Assembly: GCA_044345485.1 (NCBI GenBank)
Contig: JBIJAX010000001.1
Coordinates: 25,452-89,451, forward strand
DNA from: Candidatus Kapaibacterium sp.
GTDB lineage: Bacteria; Bacteroidota; Ignavibacteria; Kapaibacteriales; Kapaibacteriaceae
DNA length: 64,000 nt
Direction of reading: 5' to 3'
Shown: positions 19,073 through 30,847 of the stretch, piece after piece
Numbering within the stretch: the stretch's first letter is position 1
How the letters are laid out: each line of letters opens with the position of its first letter
Program-made: the position numbers and the translations under genes
The notes under the pieces: generated by a model
Told to the model about the DNA's origin: nothing
Database searches by the model: none
What the model saw: the letters and a program-made list of their open reading frames with translations, nothing else

Positions 19073-19927
19073 ATGGATCCACTTGCTGAGCGACTGCGCA
19101 AAGAAAGAGTGGCCCGTGGTTTATCCACCTCTGAACTCGCGAACATTACAAAAGTCCGCGAACCTTACATTGTTGCCCTGGAACGTGGAATGTATAACGT
19201 GCTACCTGCTGTTTACGTTCGCTCGTTTATAAAAACCTTGGCAAGTGCGCTTCAGATACCATCACATGATGTACAAAAGCTCATTCAGCAGGTTCTCGAT
19301 AATCAGGACTCCGACTCATCAGCGTCACGATACTATCAGGACAGTGCACAGTCAACCGCGTTCACTACCTCCGAGAATATTGAGCGTACGTCTGACACGC
19401 TATCAAATTTGATTGAACAATCAAAAAGCAGCGTCCAGGGTGTGTATGCCGCCATGTTTCGCAAAAAACAATCACCGGCAAAACGCTATGGGGCAATAGC
19501 TGCAGTCGTAGTTGGCATTGCAGTTCTCGTTTACGTCATTGTAAAGAATTCATCAGGAGAGAGCGTTAGCATCGGTGGACCACCTGTTGTAGAAATCAGT
19601 GAGCAGGACTCATTGCGACTACTAGCGATAACCATGGATACCAGTGAGTTCACTATTACTATTGACAACAAACGCAATGAAAAGGTGTTACTACTTCCCA
19701 ACAATGAGTATACATGGGGAGCGATGGACCGATTCGTGATTAACAATATCTTTAATGCTGGAGCCATACGATTCTCACGCAATGGAGAACCGTTCCGTCA
19801 GTTTGCCAAACCAAACGAAGTTTTGCGCGAACTAACTATTACGAGGAAAGACATCATCGCGTCCAACGCCCCTGTGCGTAACACAAATGGCAGTCCACGT
19901 CCAGACTCCAGCAAGACTGCCCGGTAA
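19073..19927 (+). CDS. rodZ: RodZ-like cytoskeleton protein (XRE HTH - TM - DUF4115 architecture)
   Basis: The N-terminal HTH LRKERVARGLSTSELANITKVREPYIVALERG is followed by a central TM segment (AIAAVVVGIAVLVYVIV) and a C-terminal beta domain that matches the RodZ layout. Confidence 0.6.
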   Translation: MDPLAERLRKERVARGLSTSELANITKVREPYIVALERGMYNVLPAVYVRSFIKTLASALQIPSHDVQKLIQQVLDNQDSDSSASRYYQDSAQSTAFTTSENIERTSDTLSNLIEQSKSSVQGVYAAMFRKKQSPAKRYGAIAAVVVGIAVLVYVIVKNSSGESVSIGGPPVVEISEQDSLRLLAITMDTSEFTITIDNKRNEKVLLLPNNEYTWGAMDRFVINNIFNAGAIRFSRNGEPFRQFAKPNEVLRELTITRKDIIASNAPVRNTNGSPRPDSSKTAR

Positions 19928-19942
19928 TCTTACTGCCCTACC

Positions 19943-20920
19943 CTACACCGTGTATGACACAACGTCATGCAAGTGAATAACTCCCAGCAAGACACCTTCA
20001 CCGTCTACAACTGGCAGTACTGAGATTTTACTGGATCTGTCTTCCATTAACTGCAGTGCTTCATGCAACGTTGCTGTCTCCCGCACCGTAACTGGTTGCA
20101 ATGTTGCAACAACTTCGAAGTCGAGTGAAGATAGATCTTCCCCCGTTTGCACAACTCTTCGAACGTCTCCATCAGTTAATATTCCGGTAAGCCGATTTTC
20201 ACCATTAACGCCGCAAACTATACCCCGAGCATGTTCATGAAGCACGGTAACCGCATCCATAAGTGAGCATGGAGTAGACACAGCAGGAGACATAGGAAGA
20301 GCAGGAAGGAGATCAGCCACAGCTGTTGTCACGAGCTTACCTATCGTCCCTTGAGGATGGGTTAACTGGAGAATGGATGATGCTGAGTCTAGCAAGGACG
20401 CTACAGAGGCTATGATGAGATCTGCTGCTGCCATTGAGGTTGTTGTGCTTGCCGTTGGAAGCAAGTTGTCGGAGTCATACTCCGACACTACAGGCAAGAC
20501 TACAACAATATCGTTTTCGCGGGCAATTGTTGCCTGTGCGTTTGCTGTGACAATGATTCTGAGAACCGATTGCAACGGACCAATGTCAAGAAGCTTCCGC
20601 AGTTCATCGGTCTGACCGCTTTTGCTAAAAACGATCAAAATGGAATTGTCACGTACAATACCGATGTCACCATGCAGCGCATCTGTTGGATGCAAATATC
20701 TCGCCTCAATCCCGATACTAATCAGAGACGCCGCCATCTTTTGTGCAATGAACGATGACTTACCGACTCCGGTGATGATAACTCGTTCATGCGATACAAT
20801 ACTGCGAGCAGATCGTATCAAATTGGTAAGTGGACCTGCAGCAATGCGATCCAGCACTGATATTTGAGCCGCTATAGCAGAGCGAATCAACACTTCCATA
20901 CTTTGATCAGTCATCATCAC
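19943..20920 (-). CDS. kdsD: arabinose-5-phosphate isomerase (SIS + tandem CBS domains), KdsD/KpsF family
   Basis: The SIS motif VIITGVGKSSFIAQKMAASL is followed by two C-terminal CBS domains (VLPVVDGEGVLLGVIHLHDVV). Confidence 0.8.
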   Translation of the reverse strand: MMMTDQSMEVLIRSAIAAQISVLDRIAAGPLTNLIRSARSIVSHERVIITGVGKSSFIAQKMAASLISIGIEARYLHPTDALHGDIGIVRDNSILIVFSKSGQTDELRKLLDIGPLQSVLRIIVTANAQATIARENDIVVVLPVVSEYDSDNLLPTASTTTSMAAADLIIASVASLLDSASSILQLTHPQGTIGKLVTTAVADLLPALPMSPAVSTPCSLMDAVTVLHEHARGIVCGVNGENRLTGILTDGDVRRVVQTGEDLSSLDFEVVATLQPVTVRETATLHEALQLMEDRSSKISVLPVVDGEGVLLGVIHLHDVVSYTV

Positions 20921-20946
20921 GCAACTTACGGATTAGCAATAAAGAA

Positions 20947-20978
20947 AGAGCCCCTGGAGCAAAAGCACCAGGGGCTCT
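20947..20978 (-). terminator. intrinsic terminator downstream of giant T9SS gene
   Basis: A 10-11 bp GC-rich stem (agagcccctgg / ccaggggctct) with a 10-nt loop is followed on the minus strand by cuuucuuuauu. Confidence 0.55.
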
Positions 20979-21000
20979 GGATAATCAATATTACGGCTGA

Positions 21001-24000
21001 TTACCGAACGATCGTGAGAGTCTTTGAGAGAACCTCGTCACCAACCGTCAGCTTGTACATGTATGATCCCGATGCAACATCAGTACCATCATTGTGACGA
21101 CCATCCCACTCAACTGCATATGCATTCGACTGACCAGCAACCATGTTGTCGTACACAGTCTTCACAACGTTACCCATGAGGTCATATACCTCGAGCTTAA
21201 CGCGTGAGCTAAATGGCACAGTGAATGTAAATGTTGTCTTGCCATTCGTTGGGTTCGGGAAGTTGTTATCAAGAGCTACGTCCGCTGCGTTGCCAAATTC
21301 GACGTTGACAACGTTTGAGAATGATTGTGCTCCAGACACGTCAACCTGACGAAGACGATACTCATACTTCGTTCCAACAGCAACGTTGTTATCGAAATAC
21401 TTGTAGTTCGATGTCTTTGCCGAGTTACCAACACCATTGACAAAACCAACAGCAACCCATGGATTTTCTACACTGCTAGTGCGGTCGACACATGAGAGCA
21501 TTGTCTTGCCTGTTGTGAGGTTAGTGATCTCCTTCGTTGCGCGACGCTCAACATGGAAACCAGCGTTGTTCTTTTCTTGAGCTGTTTCCCAGAAAACATC
21601 GATACCTGTTGCACGTGCCTTCGCATCGAAGTACGATAGTTCAACTGGAATACCGCACTCAACAAAGATTGGAGGGCTCGAGAATGAACGATTGCCGAAG
21701 TATGGACGGAGCAACGGAATCCATGAACCACGTGTGAATGTAGGATAGCCAAGGCTAGAACCTAGAGCATTGAGGTGTGGATATCCAGGATTGCCGATTG
21801 TTGGAGTAAACGGCGCCCAGTCGCCCGAGAAACGTGTCAACTCAAATGCAAAGCGGTTGTCATTCAAGAGAGCTCCTGAACGGTTGCGCACACGGAAGTT
21901 CTTGTCGATAAGAAGCGTACGGTTACCAATTCCGAAAACAGGAATGTCAGAGTATAGTGTTGTTACCATACCCATGCGTGACTCTGATGCACCGAGTTCA
22001 TAACCTTCCGTACCCATCTGAGCAACAGATGCCCAGTATTCGCCTGGAGGTATAACAACAGGCTGGCTAAGAAGATATGTTACGTACTTGCCGAACTGTG
22101 GTTCGTTGAATGCACCAGTTTCGTCCTCTCCACGACGGCGAAGAATTGTCGAATTCGCAATTCGCTCATCACCCGGCAGACCACCTTGGTCACGATACAA
22201 CGAGAACGAGATGTTCAACACGTCCTGGTTCAGTTCAGCCCAGTATGCCTGATATCCAGCAACTGTGTCCTGAGAGAACAATGTGAAGCGCATAGCGATC
22301 TGGCCCGATGAGTTACCAGCGTCTGCACCGTATGAATCATTCGCTGTAACACCAGCAGGGATTTGACCCCATGAGCTACCCGATGAATACTGTGCACCTG
22401 CACCTGCAAGCTGTCCCCATGAGGCACCGTTGCCACCACCGTTACCACCACGGTGATTTAGACCCTTACCTGTAACGCCAGAGAACTGGAGCTTAGGAAC
22501 GTCGTTTGTTGAGTTATTTGGATTGGTTTCGTAGGCAAACGCCGGTCCAAAAGTCATGCGGAACATCGAGAACGTTGAATCGTTCAACGTATCGAGGTCA
22601 TTACCAGGGAAGAAGATGCGACCGGTAACCTTATACTGACCCGGTGTGGTTGTACGGAAGTTAGCGTCTGGGAATGGAAGAAGTACTTCACGGTTTCCAG
22701 CAAGTGTTGGAACTGTGATTGTACGGCAATAGATCTGCTGTGCTTCGTTTCCGTCAGGCTTGATTTGCACACGAACGGAGAACGCTGGAGCAGCAATATT
22801 CGTGTTGTTCGAAATCTTAACGCGTACAGGTACGCGAGTTGCCTGCGAAGCAGGAGCCATCGTATAAGGCCAGATCAGCTGAATATTTGAGAACTCAACG
22901 TCTGTCACTTCGTCTGGGTACAGAATCTTTACGTTGTCAACATAGAAGTTGTCTTCGTCGTCTGCAGGAAGTGGTGGTGTTGAGTTATTCAAACAGCGAG
23001 CACGCAGACGGAAACGGAAGTTGCGAGCACCTTCGTTTACCCAGTTGATCACAGTATCAGGGATCGGAATAGTAACCTTGTAGTACTCATTATCCTTACC
23101 GTCATCGTACAAGTCTTCGCGGAAACCACCGAGAGGTGGGTTAGGTGAAGCTGTCTGCTGAAGGTTGTAGTCAGCAAGATCATAGCCACGAGCAAAACCA
23201 CCACCACCCCAAACTCGGAATGGCTGGAGGTACAGCGTACCACGAGCTTGTGGGTCAAGTACCCAGTTCTGAATGTTTGTGATACCATTCAACTGATCAT
23301 TGCTTGGACGTGCGAATTCAACCCATACTTCGTCTGGATTGCGGTAGCCAGGTGTGAAACCGTTTACGGCCAACATGTTAACACGGTGCTCAGGTCCGAT
23401 AAGACGGTTGTCTGAGAAACCACGGCTGATAGATGTAAGCTTGCCAGTACGTTGATACGAGATCGAGAGTACCGCACGCTTCTTGCGAGTAAGGTTGATC
23501 GGGAAAGAACGGAGTTCGTCGCCACCATATGTACCTACCGCAGGGATATCCACGTTACCGAGATTAACACGGTTGAGGCGGATTACTGGAGACTTGAGGC
23601 GATAGATATCAGAGTTTGCAGCAGCATACTCACCACGCGGAGGTGGCGGGTTGTTCGTTACTTCATCACCGTCCACAACGTCTGTTTCGATGTTCACCCA
23701 CTTCAATACAGATGGCATAGCGGCACCACCAACAAGATGGTATTCCGTTACGTCGTCATTGAATGATGTAAGGCGACGCATAGAGAAGATGCGGATGCTT
23801 GTTGTATCGTCGAATGGCCACTGATCGCCAAGGGGCTGGTTCAGGGAGTCCTTTGGTTCGGCAATAACCGTTGTCAGAAGACGACCAATTTGGTCATCAA
23901 TGAACGGGTTAGGCTCGAATGGAGGGAAAACAACCTTGATGAATTCATACGGAAGTACGAATGTATTTGCTGGCTGATATGCTTGATTGTTGCCGTTAAT

Positions 24001-25719
24001 ATCGCAGCGATACACACCAGAAAGGAGCGTGTCACGCAGAGCAGCATCTGTCACAGACTTCGATGTGTTGTAAACAATCTTGCCTGTAGCTTCGTTACGG
24101 ATCAGGAAGCGAACCTTGAAGTTTACACCCTGGCGAACGTAGTTAACACCCTGAGGGCCTTGAATGTCATTCGTCAAGCTCTGTACGATAGCAACTGGCT
24201 GAATAGCACCTAGACGCTCTTCGCCGGCAAGGAGTTCGTAGTTGTTCGCTTGAGCTGTTGGCACAACAACAGAAAACGCCAGGTTAGCATTGTTGTTCAG
24301 CTGACGAACACGGTATGACACGTTGATAACGCGCATAATGTTCTTGTACTGCTTGAACTTGATTGCCAAGAAGTCCTTCGGTACTGTGTTGTCATCGTTA
24401 CGCGAGCTTACAGCACGAACAGTTCCACCAACGTCTACGTTGTGGAGATACTCTGTGTACTGCGTGTACTTGACTGCGTTGAAATCAAGCATCGTGTTTG
24501 CTGGCATTGTTGAGGTTGGGAAACCACTCCAGTTCAAACGACGTGCTGGACCTGTAACACCAACTGTTGAGTTACAACGCATCCATACAGTTGCAGGGTG
24601 TGGAGACAGTGCACCGCGAGGTGCAATACCTGAGAAACGCTCGTACTGAACAACCACTGAGCTGTCTGAACGGTTCAGCGTTACCTGCATCGAGAAGCGA
24701 TAGTGCTCACCACCACTGCTTGGACGGTTGTTAGGGTTAAACGTCACGTTGTGAGTAACACCGCCAACTGTTGCTGTCTTCGCGCCAACCGGAGTAAGAT
24801 TGACGTAATAGATCACAAGCTTATCGTTAGAAGGCGAGCGCTTGTAGTAAACGCGAGAGAAGTCGTCTACAGCGTTATCAGCTGTATTGTACACAGACAC
24901 CTGAAGATCATCCCAAGCAGCTGCAATAAGCTGTGGTTGCGTCGCACCCCAGATACCACTTATCGAGGCCTGATCGAGGGTACGGTTTGCACCGCTGCGA
25001 AGACCACCTGTTGCTGTCGCGGTATTACCACCGCAGGCTACGTTCAGGAAGCCATGGTTATCAGGCGTTGCATCCGTCATGCCGTCACCAGTACGGGTAC
25101 GAATGTCATCTGATGATGGGTCATAGGCTGAGAAGTTCCCTGGTGTTACTTCCAGACGTGCACGTACAGTTGGATACCCGTACTGATCGTACTCATAGAA
25201 ATAACGACGGTTTGTTAGGCCGATGATACCGTTCGTTGACACATAGAACGAATCCTGACGAACACCGTTGAAGTAGAACGGAAATCCGATTGAGATAGGT
25301 CCCGCAAACGCATCGTTTGTCGAGTCGTTTACATTGCCTGGGTTACGGAAGAACGCCCAACCACCGTAAAGGTTCTGTGTTGGGTCAGTCCAATACGAGC
25401 TCGGGAGCTGACGTGGACCTGACACGATTCGACGCCATGTGCCCGGCTCCGTCAATGTATCGACGAATTGCGACGGATCTGGACGCCAAAAATCTGGCGC
25501 TTCATCGTCAGAATCGACGAAATAGTAGCCAGTCGAAATAGCTGGACTTGTGCGCGCATTCGCAGCTGTGATTGTAAATGGAAGCGGGTACGACGCAACG
25601 GGCGTACGCGGTCCACTTTTGCGCAACACGTCTTCGCCATCTTTCCCGTCTCCAGCAGTTGCGAGCGTTGCGCTCATCAACCCTGTCATGAGTACAAGAA
25701 GTAGCAGTCTGCGGCTCAT
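21001..25719 (-). CDS. giant (1572 aa) secreted protein of unknown function with T9SS C-terminal sorting domain
   Basis: It has the signal peptide MSRRLLLLVLMTGLMSATLATA and a long N/T/G-rich beta-type sequence. A canonical T9SS CTD sits at the C-terminus (...NNFPNPTNGKTTFTFTV...KLEVYDLMGNVV...GSYMYKLTVGDEVLSKTLTIVR). I recognise no catalytic motif. Confidence 0.75.
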   Translation of the reverse strand: MSRRLLLLVLMTGLMSATLATAGDGKDGEDVLRKSGPRTPVASYPLPFTITAANARTSPAISTGYYFVDSDDEAPDFWRPDPSQFVDTLTEPGTWRRIVSGPRQLPSSYWTDPTQNLYGGWAFFRNPGNVNDSTNDAFAGPISIGFPFYFNGVRQDSFYVSTNGIIGLTNRRYFYEYDQYGYPTVRARLEVTPGNFSAYDPSSDDIRTRTGDGMTDATPDNHGFLNVACGGNTATATGGLRSGANRTLDQASISGIWGATQPQLIAAAWDDLQVSVYNTADNAVDDFSRVYYKRSPSNDKLVIYYVNLTPVGAKTATVGGVTHNVTFNPNNRPSSGGEHYRFSMQVTLNRSDSSVVVQYERFSGIAPRGALSPHPATVWMRCNSTVGVTGPARRLNWSGFPTSTMPANTMLDFNAVKYTQYTEYLHNVDVGGTVRAVSSRNDDNTVPKDFLAIKFKQYKNIMRVINVSYRVRQLNNNANLAFSVVVPTAQANNYELLAGEERLGAIQPVAIVQSLTNDIQGPQGVNYVRQGVNFKVRFLIRNEATGKIVYNTSKSVTDAALRDTLLSGVYRCDINGNNQAYQPANTFVLPYEFIKVVFPPFEPNPFIDDQIGRLLTTVIAEPKDSLNQPLGDQWPFDDTTSIRIFSMRRLTSFNDDVTEYHLVGGAAMPSVLKWVNIETDVVDGDEVTNNPPPPRGEYAAANSDIYRLKSPVIRLNRVNLGNVDIPAVGTYGGDELRSFPINLTRKKRAVLSISYQRTGKLTSISRGFSDNRLIGPEHRVNMLAVNGFTPGYRNPDEVWVEFARPSNDQLNGITNIQNWVLDPQARGTLYLQPFRVWGGGGFARGYDLADYNLQQTASPNPPLGGFREDLYDDGKDNEYYKVTIPIPDTVINWVNEGARNFRFRLRARCLNNSTPPLPADDEDNFYVDNVKILYPDEVTDVEFSNIQLIWPYTMAPASQATRVPVRVKISNNTNIAAPAFSVRVQIKPDGNEAQQIYCRTITVPTLAGNREVLLPFPDANFRTTTPGQYKVTGRIFFPGNDLDTLNDSTFSMFRMTFGPAFAYETNPNNSTNDVPKLQFSGVTGKGLNHRGGNGGGNGASWGQLAGAGAQYSSGSSWGQIPAGVTANDSYGADAGNSSGQIAMRFTLFSQDTVAGYQAYWAELNQDVLNISFSLYRDQGGLPGDERIANSTILRRRGEDETGAFNEPQFGKYVTYLLSQPVVIPPGEYWASVAQMGTEGYELGASESRMGMVTTLYSDIPVFGIGNRTLLIDKNFRVRNRSGALLNDNRFAFELTRFSGDWAPFTPTIGNPGYPHLNALGSSLGYPTFTRGSWIPLLRPYFGNRSFSSPPIFVECGIPVELSYFDAKARATGIDVFWETAQEKNNAGFHVERRATKEITNLTTGKTMLSCVDRTSSVENPWVAVGFVNGVGNSAKTSNYKYFDNNVAVGTKYEYRLRQVDVSGAQSFSNVVNVEFGNAADVALDNNFPNPTNGKTTFTFTVPFSSRVKLEVYDLMGNVVKTVYDNMVAGQSNAYAVEWDGRHNDGTDVASGSYMYKLTVGDEVLSKTLTIVR

Positions 25720-25924
25720 GCAAACCTCATTAAAACAGTGAACAAGTATGTGCTTTTAATTACCATCAGTTTCGTTGTTGTTTTGGTGTATACACACCTA
25801 TCCCGAGGGACGATTTGCCAAGATTGTGATTTCGATCGAAATAGTCAAACAAAATCTCTACACATAGGTAGAAATAGCCGTGAAAGTATCCACATTCCCC
25901 ATCAACGGGGTCTTCAGACAAAAG

Positions 25925-26503
25925 TTACTGATTGCGTAGATATACGGAAATAGTTCTCGGGTATAAATCGTGCTCAATCTTCTTGACGATCAGCTGAAGT
26001 TGATGAGCATCAATTCCATCGGGAATCTCTGCTTCTGCTCTTGCCAGCACTGCCCCTTCATCATATTGTGCTGAAACGAGATGGACTGTTGCTCCAGTAA
26101 CCTGAACCCCTGCTGCCAATACTGCTGTGTGAACATGCAGCCCGTACATTCCTTTGCCACCAAAGGAAGGAAGCAATGCCGGATGAACGTTGAAAACGTT
26201 GCCGCTCAGTCGTGAAATGATGCCGTGAGGCAACAACCTCAAAAAACCTGCAAGTGCAAGGGCGTCAATCGAATATGTTTGGAGTAATTGTTCAAGTTCT
26301 GCCGACAAATCAGCACCGCGAGGAATCACTGCAAGGGGCACGCGGTACTTGGCCGCCACTTGACAGATACCCGCTTCTGCAGATGTTGCAATGATCAACG
26401 CTGGGACGTAGCTGCAATCCTGCCTCTGTGCATACGCGCAGAGTGCATCGGCATTTGTGCCCGTCCCAGAGCCCATGATGGCAAGAGATTTTTTCATGTT
26501 CAC
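25925..26503 (-). CDS. purN: phosphoribosylglycinamide formyltransferase
   Basis: GSGTGTNADAL and NVHPALLPSFGGKGMYG are PurN motifs. Confidence 0.85.
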   Translation of the reverse strand: MNMKKSLAIMGSGTGTNADALCAYAQRQDCSYVPALIIATSAEAGICQVAAKYRVPLAVIPRGADLSAELEQLLQTYSIDALALAGFLRLLPHGIISRLSGNVFNVHPALLPSFGGKGMYGLHVHTAVLAAGVQVTGATVHLVSAQYDEGAVLARAEAEIPDGIDAHQLQLIVKKIEHDLYPRTISVYLRNQ

Positions 26504-26519
26504 CGCGCTTCCCTAGTGT

Positions 26520-29500
26520 TTACAGCAGCGGGGCCAACCAACGCTCTGCTTCCTGAAGCGTCCACCCCTTCCGCTGAGCATATTCATGAAGCTGATCTTG
26601 TTGTATCGATGTAATGGCAAAGTACGTTGACTGCGGATGGGCGAAATACCATCCGCTTACGCTCGAGGCAGGACTCATTGCCATTGACTCCGTGAGTGAA
26701 ACGCCAATGTGCTCTTGTGCATTGAGAAGTCTAAACAAGGTTATCTTCTCAGTATGATCAGGGCATGCGGGATAGCCAGGAGCTGGACGAATTCCTTTGT
26801 AAGACTCTGCTATAAGGTCTTGATTGGTTAGCTGCTCATCTCGATCATAGCCCCATTGCGTTGTCCGAACATATTGGTGCAGCCACTCTGCGGCTGCCTC
26901 GGCAAGCCTGTCGGCAATGGCCTTGACCATGATCGATGAATAATCGTCATGTTGTCGTTCAAACGTTGCACAAAGCTCATCTACTCCGTCGCCGGCTGTT
27001 ACTACGAACGCGCCGATGTGATCTGTTTGTCCATCAGGGATCTCACCGTTTCCGCGAATGAAATCCGCAAGCGAGAGGTTGGGTAGCCCCGGAGCTTTTA
27101 CTGTCTGCTGTCGGAGAAAATGGAGGCGCTCAGAGTCTCCAATGCAAACATCATCACCGTCCCGCAATGCCGGGAACACACCGCTTACTGCGTGCACACG
27201 AATGGCTGATGTTTCGACAATGGTGTCGAGCAGGGCATTGGCATCTTCAAACAATTTGGAAGCTTCTGCACCCACAACGGGGTCATGAAAGATCTCTGGA
27301 TACCTACCTCGTAGCTCCCAAGACAAAAAGAACGGCGTCCAATCGATATAGTCTCGAAGGGTCTGGAGAGGAATGTTACGCTGGACCTGGACCTCAGGGT
27401 GTGCGGGCACCACCATTGGTGTGTCATCTAGCACGAGGGCGTTCGCCCTCGATTCGGCAAGCGTGCGATAGGACTTGGATGCAGATCGACGCGCGTAATC
27501 GTCGCGCAATGTCTCATATTCACGAGAAACATCATTGATGAACGTGCCAGCCCCTTCACTGTGAAGCAATGCCCCTACCACAGGCACTGCTTTTGATGCA
27601 TCGAGAACGTGAATGACCGGGAAGTTCACCGTCGGGGCAATTTTTACTGCTGTGTGGATGCGCGAGGTGGTAGCCCCACCAATGAGCAATGGTTTTGTTA
27701 CGCCACGCCTAGCGAGCTCCTTCGCTACATGCACCATCTCGTCGAGAGACGGCGTGATAAGGCCGGAAAGTCCGATAACATCAACGTTCTCGCGAATTGC
27801 AGCGTCAACAATTGCATCCGCTGGCACCATCACTCCTAGGTCGATAACCCGGTAGTTGTTGCATCCCAACACAACTCCGACAATGTTCTTTCCGATGTCG
27901 TGAACGTCGCCCTTCACCGTAGCCATAAGGACCACTCCAGCATCGCTGGCCGTACTCCCGCTCAGACGTTTTTCCTCTTCCATGTATGGCGTGAGCACGG
28001 CAACAGCCTTCTTCATCACGCGGGCACTTTTTACAACCTGTGGAAGGAACATCTTGCCTTCCCCGAAGAGATCACCTACGACGTTCATACCCGACATCAG
28101 CGGACCTTCGATGATCGAAAGGGGCGACGGATACTGCTGCCGAGCTTCCTCTACATCCTGATCGATAAACTCAGTGATTCCTTTAATCAGTGCATGCTGA
28201 AGTCGAGCAGCAACGTCTGCATTTCTCCACTCTTCAACCTTTTCCGCATTTGCTTCCTGAACCTTGAATTGCTCGGCAAGCACAAGCAGCCTATCCGTTG
28301 CATCTGCTCTGCGGTTCAAGAGCACATCTTCTACGTGCTCTAGCAACTGGGGATCTATCTGATCATAGACATCAATCTGCCCGGCATTCACGATTCCCAT
28401 ATCCATACCAGCCTTGATGGCATGATACAGGAAGGCAGTATGCATGGCACGCCGAACAGGTTCGTTACCCCGGAACGAGAACGAAATATTGCTCACACCG
28501 CCACTGACGCGTGCCTGTGGCAGATTGTTCTTAATCCAAGCCGTTGCGTTGATAAAGTCTACTGCATATCCATTGTGCTCTTCAATTCCAGTACCAACGG
28601 TAAGAATGTTCGGATCGAAGATGATATCACTGGCAAGAAATCCTACCTGATTTACAAGAATGTCATAAGCTCTCTTGCAGACATCAATGCGTCGTTGCAG
28701 TGTGTCTGCCTGACCAGATTCATCAAACGCCATCACAATGACTGCCGCACCATAATCGCGGCAGCTAACGGCTCGTTTGATAAACTCCGATTCGCCGTCT
28801 TTGAGAGAAATCGAGTTTACGATTCCTTTGCCCTGAATACACTGCAGACCTGCTTCCAGAACCGACCATTTTGATGAATCAATCATGATCGGAACGCGCG
28901 AGATGTCGGGCTCTGCTGCAATGAGGTTCAGGAACTCCTTCATCACGGCCTCGGAATCCAGCAATCCCTCGTCCATGTTGATGTCGATTACCTGGGCTCC
29001 ATTCTCCACCTGCTGACGCGCAACATCGAGTGCTTTCTCATAAGCCCCCTGCTGGATAAGCTTGGCAAATGCACGTGATCCAGTAACATTCGTACGCTCC
29101 CCAACATTCACGAAGTTGGTTTCGGGGCGCACTTCCAGCATTTCCAGACCACTCAAACGCAGGTATGGACGCGGCGAGGGTATCGTGCGAGGTGCTACAT
29201 CGCGGACAGCATCTGCAATAGCGGCAATATGTTCTGGCGTTGTTCCACAACAGCCACCTAGGATATTGACGAAGCCAGCCTCGGCGTATTCCCTTGCCTG
29301 CTCAGCCATATATGCAGCGGTCTCGTCATACCCACCCATAGCATTTGGGAGACCAGCATTCGGATACAACGACACGTATGCCGAAGAAACACTTGAAATC
29401 TCCTCAATGAAGGGGCGCATCATGCTCGAACCAAGAGCGCAATTCAATCCTACCGATAGAAGATTCCGGGTATGGCAGATAGACGTCCAGAACGCAGCTG

Positions 29501-30170
29501 GAGTCTGTCCCGAGAGTGTTCGTCCAGACATATCAGTGATTGTTCCACTGATCATCACCGGTACCTGTGTATGAATCTCGTCACAGAGCTCCGCATAGGC
29601 TTTGATTGCCGCCTTTGCATTGAGGGTGTCGGTTATCGTTTCGATCAACAGGAGATCAGCTCCACCCTCAAGCAGGCCCAGCATCTGTTCGCGAAACGAG
29701 AGTTTCATCTCGTTGAACGTAACAGCTCTGTAGCCCGGATTATTAACATCGGGCGACATGGACAACATCTTCGTTGTTGGACCGATTGATCCAGCAACAA
29801 AGCGGGGCCGCGACGGATCGCGGCGCATCATCTCAGCTACAGCCTCTCGGGCTAGGCGAGCCCCTTCCCGGCTAATCTCACGTGCAAGAGCAGAAAGTCC
29901 ATACTCTGCCTGACCGATCGGCGTGCTTGAAAACGTATTGGTTTCAAGAATGTCTGCACCAGCCTGCAGATACGAGAGATGGATGTCTCTAATCGCATCA
30001 GGCTGCGTCAGCACCAGAAGGTCGTTATTACCCCGGAGAGATTGCTCATGGTCGGCAAAACGCTTGCCGCGGTAATCCTCTTCTGTGAGTTGAAGGCGCT
30101 GAATCATGGTGCCCATGGCACCATCCAGCATAAGAATTCTGCTATCAAGCAGAGAGCGGATGTCTGTCAT
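26520..30170 (-). CDS. metH: cobalamin-dependent methionine synthase
   Basis: A full-length MetH of about 1217 aa is present, with the N-terminal Hcy-binding motif [13 protein letters not shown] and pterin, B12 and AdoMet domains. The start is taken at the internal Met (MTDIRSLL), which abuts the tsaA stop. Confidence 0.9.
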   Translation of the reverse strand: MTDIRSLLDSRILMLDGAMGTMIQRLQLTEEDYRGKRFADHEQSLRGNNDLLVLTQPDAIRDIHLSYLQAGADILETNTFSSTPIGQAEYGLSALAREISREGARLAREAVAEMMRRDPSRPRFVAGSIGPTTKMLSMSPDVNNPGYRAVTFNEMKLSFREQMLGLLEGGADLLLIETITDTLNAKAAIKAYAELCDEIHTQVPVMISGTITDMSGRTLSGQTPAAFWTSICHTRNLLSVGLNCALGSSMMRPFIEEISSVSSAYVSLYPNAGLPNAMGGYDETAAYMAEQAREYAEAGFVNILGGCCGTTPEHIAAIADAVRDVAPRTIPSPRPYLRLSGLEMLEVRPETNFVNVGERTNVTGSRAFAKLIQQGAYEKALDVARQQVENGAQVIDINMDEGLLDSEAVMKEFLNLIAAEPDISRVPIMIDSSKWSVLEAGLQCIQGKGIVNSISLKDGESEFIKRAVSCRDYGAAVIVMAFDESGQADTLQRRIDVCKRAYDILVNQVGFLASDIIFDPNILTVGTGIEEHNGYAVDFINATAWIKNNLPQARVSGGVSNISFSFRGNEPVRRAMHTAFLYHAIKAGMDMGIVNAGQIDVYDQIDPQLLEHVEDVLLNRRADATDRLLVLAEQFKVQEANAEKVEEWRNADVAARLQHALIKGITEFIDQDVEEARQQYPSPLSIIEGPLMSGMNVVGDLFGEGKMFLPQVVKSARVMKKAVAVLTPYMEEEKRLSGSTASDAGVVLMATVKGDVHDIGKNIVGVVLGCNNYRVIDLGVMVPADAIVDAAIRENVDVIGLSGLITPSLDEMVHVAKELARRGVTKPLLIGGATTSRIHTAVKIAPTVNFPVIHVLDASKAVPVVGALLHSEGAGTFINDVSREYETLRDDYARRSASKSYRTLAESRANALVLDDTPMVVPAHPEVQVQRNIPLQTLRDYIDWTPFFLSWELRGRYPEIFHDPVVGAEASKLFEDANALLDTIVETSAIRVHAVSGVFPALRDGDDVCIGDSERLHFLRQQTVKAPGLPNLSLADFIRGNGEIPDGQTDHIGAFVVTAGDGVDELCATFERQHDDYSSIMVKAIADRLAEAAAEWLHQYVRTTQWGYDRDEQLTNQDLIAESYKGIRPAPGYPACPDHTEKITLFRLLNAQEHIGVSLTESMAMSPASSVSGWYFAHPQSTYFAITSIQQDQLHEYAQRKGWTLQEAERWLAPLL

Positions 30171-30172
30171 TT

Positions 30173-30847
30173 TCACAAAACTACGTGTGATCCAAGAATG
30201 CGGATGCACGAATCGTCAATGAGGTACTCAATTCTGTATTCTCGTACGGAAATCACATAGACTCCATCGGCCTTCTGCTCGATCCGCCGGTACGGATGTG
30301 GAAACGGATCGGCACGCAGTACCCGTACAACATGATCACACACATCCGTTGGAAGTTCGGTAAGAGCATCCATCTGAATATCAAATGAAGCGGTTGATAG
30401 GTTTTCAATCCACGATACTCGAGCCTCAGGGAACGCATCGGCATACGCGAGGTATGGTTTGATATCTAATACGGGCGTTTGGTCGATCAGATCCGTCCCA
30501 CGAACACGCAGGGTTCGTCCACGCACCTCCAGAAGCTCACAGCACGTTAGTCCAATTGGATTGGGTCTATGAGGGGAGCGAGTTGCAAACACACCACGCT
30601 TGGTTCTGCCACGCGGAGGTAGCACCTTCGGTTTCCATGCACCAGAGCCGTGGAAGTACACAACGAGCCAAATCCTTTCACAGCCTTCAAGGTCGTGCAG
30701 TGCCTGCTCGTAATTCCTGCCCGGAAGAAGCTCAACTCTGGAGTCGTCAATTATCTGGTCCACTCCAGGCTGCCGTGGAGTGTCGTAAAAGCGCTTGTAG
30801 GGCGTATGGACAAAGCCTATTGGCTCAATGGTATACACTGCTGACAC
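30173..30847 (-). CDS. tsaA: tRNA (adenine37-N6)-methyltransferase TsaA (YaeB/UPF0066 family)
   Basis: [12 protein letters not shown] ... [16 protein letters not shown] ... TPVLDIKPY are TsaA/YaeB motifs. Confidence 0.75.
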   Translation of the reverse strand: MSAVYTIEPIGFVHTPYKRFYDTPRQPGVDQIIDDSRVELLPGRNYEQALHDLEGCERIWLVVYFHGSGAWKPKVLPPRGRTKRGVFATRSPHRPNPIGLTCCELLEVRGRTLRVRGTDLIDQTPVLDIKPYLAYADAFPEARVSWIENLSTASFDIQMDALTELPTDVCDHVVRVLRADPFPHPYRRIEQKADGVYVISVREYRIEYLIDDSCIRILGSHVVL

